From Jimgerdemannia flammicorona (lineage: Eukaryota), in the NCBI GenBank assembly GCA_003990765.1, contig RBNJ01000308.1:1-33483 (forward strand): DNA of 33,483 bases, in the 5' to 3' direction. Positions 22,796-33,483 of this stretch are shown here, piece after piece. Position numbers and translations under genes: made by a program. The notes under the pieces are model-generated. The model did no database searches. It had not been told where the DNA came from and worked only from the letters and a program-made list of their open reading frames with translations. Numbering within the stretch: the first letter of the stretch is position 1; every line of letters begins with the position of its first letter.

Positions 22796-23373
22796 GGTCA
22801 TGTGCTCTGCATATAGACTAATATACACCAGGTTGTATTTATATATATACTGTAAAATAGTTAGATCTTGCCATCAATTTTTCTATTACCTATATATAAA
22901 GCATGCATCTAAAATGCATACAAGTACATATATTAAATGGAGATATTTTATTTCGCTATTGGTCAATATGTGGCTCCTGTTTCTTTCTGAGTGACATAAC
23001 TATCCATGGTCTCTTACCAAACAAACTATAATTAAATTATTTTTGTCTTTTGTAGTTATGTGTCTTGTCTAATGTATTATATAATTAGAATAATAAAGAG
23101 TCGATATTAGTTGCTTCCATGTTGTATGTTACCAGTACTTTATATTGAATGTAAAAACTGTGGGCTTGATATAATGAAACAATTGAGATAGAGATTTCAA
23201 TTAATTATGATATATATTTAAGCTAATCTCAGGTTACTCTTATCAATGACATATTTGATAGAGATTGATTAATAGCAATTAGGCAGACAAACTTAATGTA
23301 AAGAGAATTTTGCTATTGATAGATCCATCAACAATATATATATCATACCACCCAATGGCAAAATTAAAAATAT

Positions 23374-23688
23374 CATCACAAAACTAGAATCGCAATTCTG
23401 AGGTATTCCAGAACAAATTTAGCAGTATAGATACACTATTTTAGTTACTAGGGGACATTGTTCTGGAGTAGATGAAAATTACCCAAATCATTGCTAAAAT
23501 ATCTGGATCAATGTCAGAAATAGATTGATTACATTATGACTAATATCTGGATATATACATCATGAAACTAGAATCACAGTTCTGAGATATTCTAGAATAA
23601 ATTTAGCAGTATAGATACACTATTCTAGTTACTAGGGGACATTGTTCCAGAATAGATGAAAATTGCCCACTCATTGCTAAAATATCTG
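23374..23688. repeat. Direct repeat, two ~130-bp copies
   Basis: CATCA..AAACTAGAATC...AATTTAGCAGTATAGATACACTATT...CATTGCTAAAATATCTG at ~23374 and ~23558. Confidence 0.9.
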
Positions 23689-23859
23689 ATGCATTCTAGT
23701 CAATATCTGGATCTGTGCAAAAATATTTTGCTTTGGTTTTTGAACTGTCCTAGAACTCTCAAAATTACATCCAGATATATCTCTAGTTTCTGAACAATTC
23801 TATCCAGATGCTTCATATATATATATTTATATTATAATTATATAAAATAAGAATGCAGC

Positions 23860-24230
23860 AGATGATAGACCACAGGATATAAGGTTATGACAATGATGAC
23901 TTCACTTGTAAGATAATAATAGACTGCAAAATAATGATAATGGACTTAAAAATGATAATAGACTACAAGACAAAGATATCACAAGATGATGGAGTGCAAG
24001 ATAACAGACAGCAAGATAATAAATGATGAGATAATGGATGGTGAGATGAGGGATGGTGAGATGATGAACAGTGAGATGACAGATGACAAGATGATGGACA
24101 GCAAGATGGTGGACAGTGAGATAATAGATGGTATGATAACAGATGGTGAGATGATGAATAGTGAGATGATGGGCAGTAAGATGATAAATGGCAAGATGAT
24201 AGATAGTGAGATGATGAAAGGGTGACCAGG
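23860..24230. repeat. 15-bp minisatellite (GAGATGATGGACAGT-like)
   Basis: Visible 15-nt periodicity. Confidence 0.9.
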
Positions 24231-24279
24231 TGGCATGAAACCAATATGTACTATATTAGATACTGGGTCATGACAGGAA

Positions 24280-24750
24280 GCTGGAATATGGTGAGCAGTC
24301 CAAAGTTAAGAAGTCAAAATACCATAGGTTGTCAGAAGACAGGATGCTGGAATATGATAGGTCATCAGAATATAGTGAGTTGTCAGAATATAGTGAATTA
24401 TTGAAAGATGAGAAGGTGGAATATAATAAGTCATTAAAAGGAGCAGTCAGAATATGGTAGATTATCAGAAGATGGGAAGCTGGAATACAGTGGGTCATTG
24501 GAATATAGTAGGTCATTGGAATATAGTGGGTTATTGGAATATAGTGAGTCATTGGAATACAGTGAGATGGGAATATGATGAGTTATGAAGTTGGAATACA
24601 GTGAGTCATCAGAGTTTGTTAGGTAGCTGGAATATAGTAGTTGTTGAGAAGCCAGAATATGGTAGATACAGTGGATCATCAGAATATAGTAGGTCTTCAG
24701 AATATAGTAGGTCTTCAGAATATGGTAGGTTGTCAGAAAACAGTAGGTTT
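24280..24750. repeat. ~18-bp minisatellite (GAATATAGTGAGTCATCA-like)
   Basis: Repeated gaatat(a/g)gt units. Confidence 0.88.
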
Positions 24751-24825
24751 TTGGTCAGTAGTGCAGGGGCCTATTAATATAGGGTATAATGGTAGTGTCA
24801 GAGAGAGAGATAGCATTATTCAGTG

Positions 24826-25350
24826 AGTTACAGAGACATTTGCTGACCAGATAATAAAATAAATAAATAGAATGATCATAAGGCTTCAGTTATAGAGACA
24901 TTCACTAACCAGATAATAAAATAAAATAAAATAAATAGAATGGTCATAAGGCTTCAGTCACAGAGACATTCACCAACCAGATAATAAAATAAAATAAAAT
25001 AAATATGTAGAATGGTTATAAGGCTTCAGTCAGAGAGACATTTACCAACCAGATAATAAAATAAAATAAAATAAATATGTAGAGTGGTCATAAGACTTCA
25101 GTCACAGATATTTACCAACTAGATAATGAAATGAAATAAAATAAATATATAGAATGGTCATAAGACTTCAGTTATAGAGACATTTGCTAACCAGATAATA
25201 TAATAAAATAAAATAAATAGAATGATCATAAGGCTTCAGTTATAGAGACATTCACCAACCAGATAATAAATAAATAAAATGATCATAAGGCTTCAGTATT
25301 GCTGACTAGATAATAAATGAAATAAATAAGACTTCAGTTATAGAGATATT
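24826..25350. repeat. ~55-62-bp tandem repeat, about 9 copies
   Basis: CAGAGACATTCACCAACCAGATAAT(AAAAT)nAGAATGGTCATAAGGCTTCAGT. Confidence 0.92.
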
Positions 25351-26894
25351 TAAATAGAAATATTCTCACTTGGTTTCTGAGTGTTTCCATCTTCTGCCTG
25401 ATTGCTGTAGATAATGTAGCAATAAATGGGTATAATCTCAATGTATATAATACTTGTTTCATAATGTGGCACAGATATCAATGATCAACCTACCAAGGAT
25501 TACAAAAGAATAATCAATGATACTAACTAGCTTACCATAGTCCTCAAACAGCCATCTTGGCATGTCTACCCAGAGCATCAGATCAAGGTCTTTGTAGGCA
25601 GAGATGCAAACATATTATTGAGAAGCTGAATACTCTCAAGACTCAGGTCTTCAACTCTGATGAGTAGTGTAGTATTGTGGTGTTTTTTTCAGAGCACAGA
25701 ATATGCCACAGTTCCAAGATCTATCTGATCCCTTCCTATTGTAGGGCTGATGATCCACCGGCTACACAGGTTCTCTGGTAGGACAAGGAGAGCAGTAATG
25801 GTGAGGTGTACTGCTCCAATATATCACCTCCAACACCAAATGCTGACTAAAGACAGTTATGTCAAAAGCTTGGTCAGTAATATAGACAGGGGCTTATTAA
25901 TGTAGATTTGGGGGGAGGATGTATATAAGATAAGTAGGGAGGAAGAGAGGGAGAGTGGGAGGGAGATAGAGTATATATAAATACATGAGCATATATGGGG
26001 GCAAAAGCATAAGAGTAGTATAGTGATAGAAGATGTCCAACAAATCTATTTAATTCTGTCTGCTCAGTCCCTTTCCTTTATCTTTTTATCTCATTCTATA
26101 CTTGTGCTCCACCCCCCTTTCCCAAAAAAAGAAAAAAAGACTCCACCTACTGACTGCTCTGGATTGTGACAATATTCTCCTTTAAGTATCAGTAGATAAA
26201 ATGTGATCTCAGCATCAAAGTCCACCAAATTACTTCCACCAGTTTTCAGAGAAATGGAAGTGATATTAATTTCATCATCATATACAACAGTGACAACAGT
26301 ATCAAATTCAACACCATCTTTCACAATTGTGAAAGTACTGTATGTCTTTTTCATATTCTTTACCAAGCAGTGTGATATTCTGGCCAGGACCTAGAGTTGC
26401 TTCACCATTGCCAGGGAGTTTTCACAGGATACCACTGATGTAGTAAGTATTCAGGAGTAGCAAAACCTGACCTTCAATCATCTGCAGCTTGTCATATAGC
26501 AGATATCCATCAATGGTGCCTACCAGGGAAACATAGTTATGTTATTGAGAATTGAGTCTGATGACAATGACTAAGTACAGAATGGCAATGATATAAGTGG
26601 CATCTAGTCACTACAAAAATATTTCCCAAGATACAAAGACACTAACCAAAATTCTAGTAGTTTGTTATTGCAAAGTTACAATAGAGTGCAGTATAGGGGG
26701 GGGATAGGGGAAGATTGCTTGAGTTTGTCATTACCTTCAGGGGGCTTGAACAGGCTCAGTGATGGTAACTTCACCCAGGATAGCTATTTGAAAATGTCAT
26801 CTATATTATCATTCAGCATAAGTGATATACAAATTTGAACCAAAATACATATTCATACTATGAAATTAATGTCATGCTATATTTGAAGAGAAAA

Positions 26895-27022
26895 ATCTAC
26901 ATATTGCAATCTATCTGCATACTGCAATCTACATCTCACAATCTATCTATATACTGCAATCCACATCTCACAATCCATATCCTGTAATCCACATATCACA
27001 ATTTATACTACAATCTGCATAC
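26895..27022. repeat. Short tandem repeat (TACTGCAATCCACATCTCACAATC)
   Basis: Repeated caatc(c/t)a(c/t)at units. Confidence 0.8.
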
Positions 27023-27150
27023 TTAATTAAAAGCAAAGCCATATATTGAATTGAAGCCAAAGCTGTATGATAATAAAAGAAGAAGTAGTATACTAATATT
27101 AAATTAAAGAAGCTGCTAATATTTTGACTGAAAAACACAAAAGTTACATA

Positions 27151-28900
27151 CCTTTTTCACATCCAAGTATTTAGTATATCTTCAACATCACTCACCAATC
27201 CAGAACCAGATCCCTCACCATCTATATCTCCCATAGTACATACAGCATATACTTCCTTTTGAAGTTGATCTAGTTTCAATTTAACCTGATCATATTTTTC
27301 CAACCTTTTAATCTATATTCTGTAATTCTTTCTATCTGTCTTTTCATTCAACTTTGAGTCAATCTGTGATGTGAGATATTTTAACTGACAAAAGAAGAGA
27401 CAAAGATCTGATGAGCTTGAATATTTAGAGAGATGTCATTTTACAGATCAAAGTTTGAGATATATTTACCAAAGTTAGAACAAATGCAAGCTGTGAAATT
27501 GTTATCTCCTGAACAGACATATTCTTCCACCATGCTTGATGTGGATCATACCAGAGATACTTGAAAACATTTATAATATATTCAGAGTGGTATAGACTAC
27601 AAGGAGGTTGAATCATTTTTTTTTTTGCCATCTTCATTATGCTGAATCTCTCCATTATCATCAAGTGCATACTCCAGTACTCAATAAATGAATCTTAGTG
27701 ATGTGCCCTCTGACAGTAGCTTCAAAAGATCTATTCAGATCTTCTTCATTCTAGTTTGATCTTTCAAGCATCCTGGTAAGAGGTTTTTGATATCTGGGAA
27801 GATGAATGAGAGACAGTTCTGAAGCTTTTCTTTTTATTTTCTATGAGCCTGAGAAATTTCTTTATCATACTTTAAAAAAATAAATAAATATATATTTTTG
27901 GATTAGTTTTATATTTATAATAAATATTTCATATATAGTCTGAATATTTACCTTAGAATGTAAATCTTGAGTATTATCAAGATGTGGTGTATTGGCTAAA
28001 AGTAGTTCAGTAAATTTATACTAATTGGAAATACTTGGGAATGTATCCTCAAGAAATATAAAGTCACGGATTTTTTTGACTGCTCTGTTCTAGTCTTCCA
28101 TCAATATGCTATGTCTTTTCAAAATCTCATATATTGATATAATCTTCTTTGGCTTTCTAATCTGCTTGGTTCTGGAATAAAATATAAAATAAATATTTTT
28201 AATCTTCATACCTGATCAAAGGCACCCATTGGATCTTCATTATGTCTGCATGTACTGGTGAAATTGAGAATTGTTCTGATATATGATTCTCCTTTCCTTT
28301 CTTACTCTAAGTTGTTTGAGAACTCTGAAAATATTTTAATAATAATTTTTAGCTACTAAATATATATTCATTTAATTTTAATTTACATATTTCATATGTA
28401 TATATACATAACTACTTACATATATTAAATCTGAACTCTCAGGCTCATCATCATAATAGTGCCCAGTATCCATTTCTTGACTATAATAGAGAGCAGTAGT
28501 AGTGGGGGATGCTATTATAGTATATAGTGAGAGTTGTTGCAATTGACTTGAGATTTCTGAACCTATAAATAATCAAGAATATTAGTAAATTGAAAAGAGG
28601 AGAGAATTAAAAGTGGATGATGAGATAGATATTATACCTGGATTGTTAAGTTGATATTATCCATGGATCACATCAACATCATCTTCTTCTATAATAATTC
28701 TTTTTTACTTTTTCTGGATGTTATGCTTGGCCTGAAACTTAGAGGCTGACTCCACAAGTTGCTCATAACTCTTGCGGCTTTGCTTGATCTGGTTATTCTT
28801 CAAGTTATCATTCAGAATTACATGTTTATTGCCAGAGTGCATTTTTGGTAGCATGGTTGGTTCTGAATTACAATATGTACAAATGGGTAAGTTTGAGAAA
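27151..28900 (-). pseudogene. Multi-exon gene divergent from the Plavaka transposase; possible accessory gene (DUF6532-like helical domain, tentative)
   Basis: Exon frames LLKLLSEGTSLRFIY, PPCSLYHSEYIINVFKYLWYD, ITISQLAFVLTL, then LKYLTSQID after a GT-AG intron at ~27469-27386; further AT-rich introns upstream; the domain name is recalled resemblance only. Confidence 0.55.
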
Positions 28901-29077
28901 TAATAAAAATAATAAATATAATTAATAAATAGAAGCAACTCAAAAATTTACCTAAAGTCACTAGTAGCTACTGGACAATGAGTAATGATGAATCTGTGCC
29001 ACTGGACAACAGGCAATGAATCTGAGCCACTGGCAATGATGAGATGGCTAGATAATGGGCAATGATGAATCTGAGCT

Positions 29078-29418
29078 GCAAGCACTCTTTGCTTTATAGC
29101 AGAATCAGTCTGGTGACATTCTTGACTCAATATTCAATTCAGTACTCCTTTGCTTTGTAGTGGGATCAGTTCAGTAATATTCTTAGCTCAAGCACTCCTT
29201 CACTTTGTGGTAGGATGATTCAGCACTTCTTTGCTTTGTGGTGAGATCAGTCTGGTGATATTCTTGGCTCAAGCACTCCTTCACTTTGTGGTGGAATCAG
29301 TCCAGTAATGTTCTTGACTCAATATTCAATTCAATACTCCTTTGCTTTGTGACAGGATTGGTCTAGTGACATTCTTGGCTCAAGCACTCCTTTGCTTTGT
29401 AGTGGGATCAGTCTGGAG
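29078..29418. repeat. ~50-65-bp tandem repeat
   Basis: CAAGCACTCCTTTGCTTTGTGGTGGGATCAGTCTGGTGACATTCTTGGCT, about 7 copies. Confidence 0.9.
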
Positions 29419-29774
29419 AATAAATGTCAGGCAGTAAAATAATAATAATAGGTGATAGCTCTTTTAATATAGGATTAAGATACATCACATGAATCATGTT
29501 AGCTATCTCATCATTGTGTCACACTATCTATCACTCACATATTTCATAAGTACAAACTTACACACATCCTTCTTAATCTCTTATCTACTCTCACCTCTAT
29601 CAGTGAAGTTCCTCCTTCCTTGGAGATCTCTCTGCCCTCTCTTTCTATATAGATTTCTTCACTCCTAATATTACCCTCTCTCTGACTGTTTCCATCTACT
29701 ACTCTTTTCCACTCTGTGAACTTCTCCTCCAACTCTCAAGATCTCTCTCTGTAATTTTCTTCTCTATCTCTCAT

Positions 29775-30170
29775 TGCTCATTGTCCAGAGGCTCAGATTT
29801 ACCATTGCCCATTGTTCAACCTGAATGTGAGTTTTTTGTGAGATTAAGGAGAGAGTGAGTGTGTTATAATATTCAGATTTCTGGAAAATTATCTGATGCT
29901 CAATCACATCTGCCACTCAGCATTGCCCATTGTCCAGTAGCTCAAAATCATTACCCATCACCCAGCAGCTTGCAATTATCATTTTCTGTCATCTAGTGGC
30001 TCAGATTCATCATCACTCATTGTTCAGTAACTCAGATTCATCACTCATCATCCAATAGCTCAGCTCATATTCATCATCACCCATCAACCAGTAGCTCAGT
30101 CCAGCAGCTCAGATTTATCACCCAATGTTCAGCAGCTTGCATTCATCATTGCCCATTATCCAGCAGCTCT
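29775..30170. repeat. ~28-bp degenerate tandem repeat, with inverted copies at 28960-29080
   Basis: CAGTAGCTCAGATTCATCATTGCCCATTGTC units; the reverse complement GATAATGGGCAATGATGAATCTGAGCTGC is at ~29051. Confidence 0.8.
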
Positions 30171-30187
30171 GTATTTCTCATCTTAAT

Positions 30188-33100
30188 ATGACACACCCTA
30201 AAAAATCTGCTCTCAAAGATTCTTTGGAATGCCCCATTTGCAACCAGAAGTGTGTGAGTTGTGGAGGGTTGACCCAGCACTTCAACACTATACATACATA
30301 TGACACTGAATCTACCAGAGCCCCTTCAGTAACTGCAGATCAAGATAATATGCAGACTGACATGACAAACAGCTCAAGTAGTAAGCAAGTTAGCCTTGGT
30401 CGAACTATATCTGATATACCAACTGAGAGTGATAATGACTGTGAGGATTCTGACCAAGAGATAGCAAGTGACAGCAGTAATGAAGATGAAGATAGTTATG
30501 AAGCAAGTGACAGTAGCAATGAAGATGAAGACAGTTATGAAGTAGAATGTGATAATCTCAGAGACAATACTTTGGAGCTTTTAGAGGACATCATGCCACT
30601 TTCATCTATGTTGAAATTCAGGAATATTCTCTCAGATTGTTGTAGAGGTCATATCTATGATAGCACAGGTCAAGGCTCATATATATTTGATATACAAATG
30701 AAATATTATGAACAGTATCATAATCCATACTATCCCTGGACTAGTGGCAATGAATTGTAGTTGACAAACTTCATCTTCTTCAAGACAAGAATGTCTATTG
30801 GAGCTGCAGATGAATTTCTAGAAGCTATTAGAAGTGGACGGATGAATATTCAGAATGTTAGAGTAGCTAATTTGAAGGCTCAGCACTTGATAGATATGAT
30901 GATTGATTTTGGAATTAATAAGGTTGAGTTTACAGAGCTTTAACTTCAATAGTTTTTATTTGATTTAACTAATTTATATATATATATATATATGTTTTAG
31001 AAATTCTGGCAAATATCTATTCTGCTTGATGGATTGGAAAAAAATGAATCATGGAGTGGAGAATATCACCTCTGGTTTCGAAATCCTATTGAGATTATTT
31101 AAAGTTTGTTCTGCAATCCTCTTTTTAAAAATGAGATAATTTATGCTGCTGAGAAGCAGTATTCACATTCTGGAAGATGGATATATTCTGAAATACACTA
31201 TAGTGACTGGTGGTGGAAAACTCAGGTACATATATCTTTAATAATAATTTGCATATTTCTTTATCTATTTATTTTTCTTCTGAAACTCCGCCAGCTGAAA
31301 TAGTAAGTCTGAAATGACAAGTGAGCCAAACAAGTGAGCTGAATGAACGAGCCAAGTGAGTGAGCAAGCATGAAAAAAAATTTGATCTTATATCTAATCT
31401 CAAACTTTTTCTATACTATTTTTATAATTTTTACAATCTTTAATAATTAAAAATATTTATAGGATATATTACCAGAGGGAGCAATACTTATTCCTCTTCT
31501 TTTTGGCATTGATGAGACAAATGTCAATGTTCTAGGAAGAGCAACATGCTATTCATTATATCTCAGCATTGGAAATCTTCCTAGAAGGTTACATCAAAAT
31601 TATCAACAGCCTGGCTATGTTCTTGTTGGATATTTTCCATCTCTCAAGCCTACTGGAAGAGAAGGACATACTGAATACTTTGCATAGGCCAAGAAGTCCT
31701 TATATCATAAATGTATGAAGAAAATATTCAAATGTCTAGATGATACATCAAAAAGATAATATTAACTTAATTACTACTAATATAATTATTTATCTAAATT
31801 ATAATATTAAAATTATTCTCTTAACTATAATTTCAGAGGATGTTTATAGAAAAGCCCTGATGGCAAAACTCACTGGTGTTTTCCAGTTCTCATGGCCTTT
31901 CAGGTGGATTATCCGGAATCCTGCAAACTGACTCTTATACATCAGAACTATACTTGTCCTCAGTGTCTGGCAACAAAACAAGAATTTGGTGATCTGCAGA
32001 CAAAATATGAAGACCAAACAGTAAATCAAATGTCAAAGATTTATCAACATATAACAAAATTACAAGAAGATGGTATATCTGAAGATTCTTTTTGTCAAAA
32101 ATATGGTTTAATATATCAAAAGGTATATTTATAAATTATTTAAAAAATGATTTTAAATATTAATTATTGTAATAAATACTGATTAATATATTTATTTATT
32201 TAGAATTTACTCTGAAATGTCCCAAGGAGCAATATCTATTTGACAATTATGTCTGATCTATTGCATCAGCTTAAAAAGGGTTTGGATGCATCTAATGCAA
32301 TGGTTTGAAGATCTGGTTCATCATATTTATGCTCCCCGGGAAGCAAACAGATATCTGGATGAACTGTATAGGCGAATTGCACTAGTTCCTTGATTTACAG
32401 GTCTCAAGATCTTTCCAAAGGACATTCATAATATGCAAAATATAACTGCAAGTAAATATGCTCAAATTATGAAGGTAAATTATTTTATTTTATTTATTTT
32501 CAATAATTATAGACTCTGAATTTATATTAATATTATATTTTCCATAACTAATTCAGATCTTTTTACCATGTTCCTGAGGATTCTTTGATGATAAGAATGC
32601 CTTAAAAGCCATTGGAGCTATCCATGCTTTTGTGAACTGATTTATATTGATCTTATTACCAATTCAAGAAGAGGGATCTCTGGCAGATGCTGATGGACTT
32701 TTAGCTGAATTTGATGAGCTTAAGAATGGATTTCAGATCATTGACAGTTGGTCTGCAAATATTCCAAAGATATATGCAATGCAGCATTATACAGAGAATA
32801 TACAAGAATTTGGAACTCCTGGCAACTTTGATACAGAATCTACCAAACATCAACATATTGCAGACACATACCTACCCTATAAGGCAACCCACAAGCATGA
32901 TTCAGAACCTCAGATACTAAAATATATTCATTGTTGATCAGCAATTTATGCCAAGTACAATTTTCTGAAGTTTATAAATATACAGACTGGAGCTGACATC
33001 TCTGTTATAAATCAAAATCAACATCAACATCTCTTGGGATCCAGAATTCCATGTTGTCCAATGGAAATATCTGCTGCAAGCCAGAAATTTGATTTAAATC

Positions 33101-33483
33101 ATCTGGAGGTTGATCTTCGAGTTTTTCTTCATAATCAGTTGTATCTAGAAGGAGAAGGAAGCAGATATCAGGTGAAAATGCGAAATCTTCCAGAGCTTAA
33201 TAACTCTCAGATACTTATAATTTTAAAACATCTGTTGTTTAAAAATATATATTACAATGTTATTTTATATTATATTCATTTAGGTTATCTTATACAAAAC
33301 CCTCACTCTGCATTCTGCTGATCCTTGGGATAAAGAAATCATCAAGTATATTTGCTGATGCAACTCATCTTTCTACAATCAACCATATTATGATTGGGTG
33401 GTATTATTCAATTCTCAGATTAAGCACAGTGAGAGAAAGCCTAAGATCTCCGATTTCAGCTTTGGTCTGCTTCGATTGCTGTT
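30188..33483 (+). pseudogene. Plavaka-family transposase with an N-terminal C2H2 zinc finger, multi-intron, degraded; continues past the window end
   Basis: CPICNQK...LTQHFNTIH, PYYPW, WFRNPIEII, IYSEIHYSDWWWKTQ, LPEGAILIPLLFGIDET, LYLSIGNLP, VDYPE, CPQC, DLLHQLKKG, VP[R]FTGLKIF, IPKIYAMQHY.ENIQEFGTPGNFDTESTKHQHI; introns 30923-31000, 31226-31462 and others. Confidence 0.92.

Noticed and set aside
23963..24826. His/Ser-, Ile- or Met/Asp-rich ORFs in the ORF track
   Set aside because: By-products of 15- and 18-bp minisatellites that are open in several frames on both strands
26700..29530. Terminal inverted repeat of the Plavaka element
   Set aside because: No convincing terminus found, and the other end lies outside the window

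Overview
AT-rich eukaryotic DNA, most likely fungal (inferred from GT-AG introns with CTAAC branch points and fungal-type transposon families; an early-diverging Mucoromycota/Glomeromycotina-like host is a guess). It is almost devoid of CpG and made of nested, decayed mobile elements. In order: the 3' tail of a LINE inserted into a partial LTR (1-512); an intron-containing tyrosine recombinase pseudogene (544-3417); a near full-length APE+RT LINE with poly(A) and an 11-bp TSD (4234-10093, minus) splitting an unknown gene; a complete Ty3/Gypsy LTR retrotransposon (10979-19859, minus, 4-bp TSD) with a dUTPase between PR and RT and ~1.6-kb LTRs that each carry an ORF and a spared CpG island; several minisatellite arrays; and a Plavaka transposase pseudogene with a divergent partner gene. 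The most unusual feature is at 21464-22795. A ~100-bp tandem repeat resolves into 13 mutually homologous spliceosomal introns separated by 12 micro-exons of 6-18 nt, all multiples of 3, which splice into an open ~61-aa frame. All alignments and translations were done by eye, so coordinates of degraded genes are approximate.
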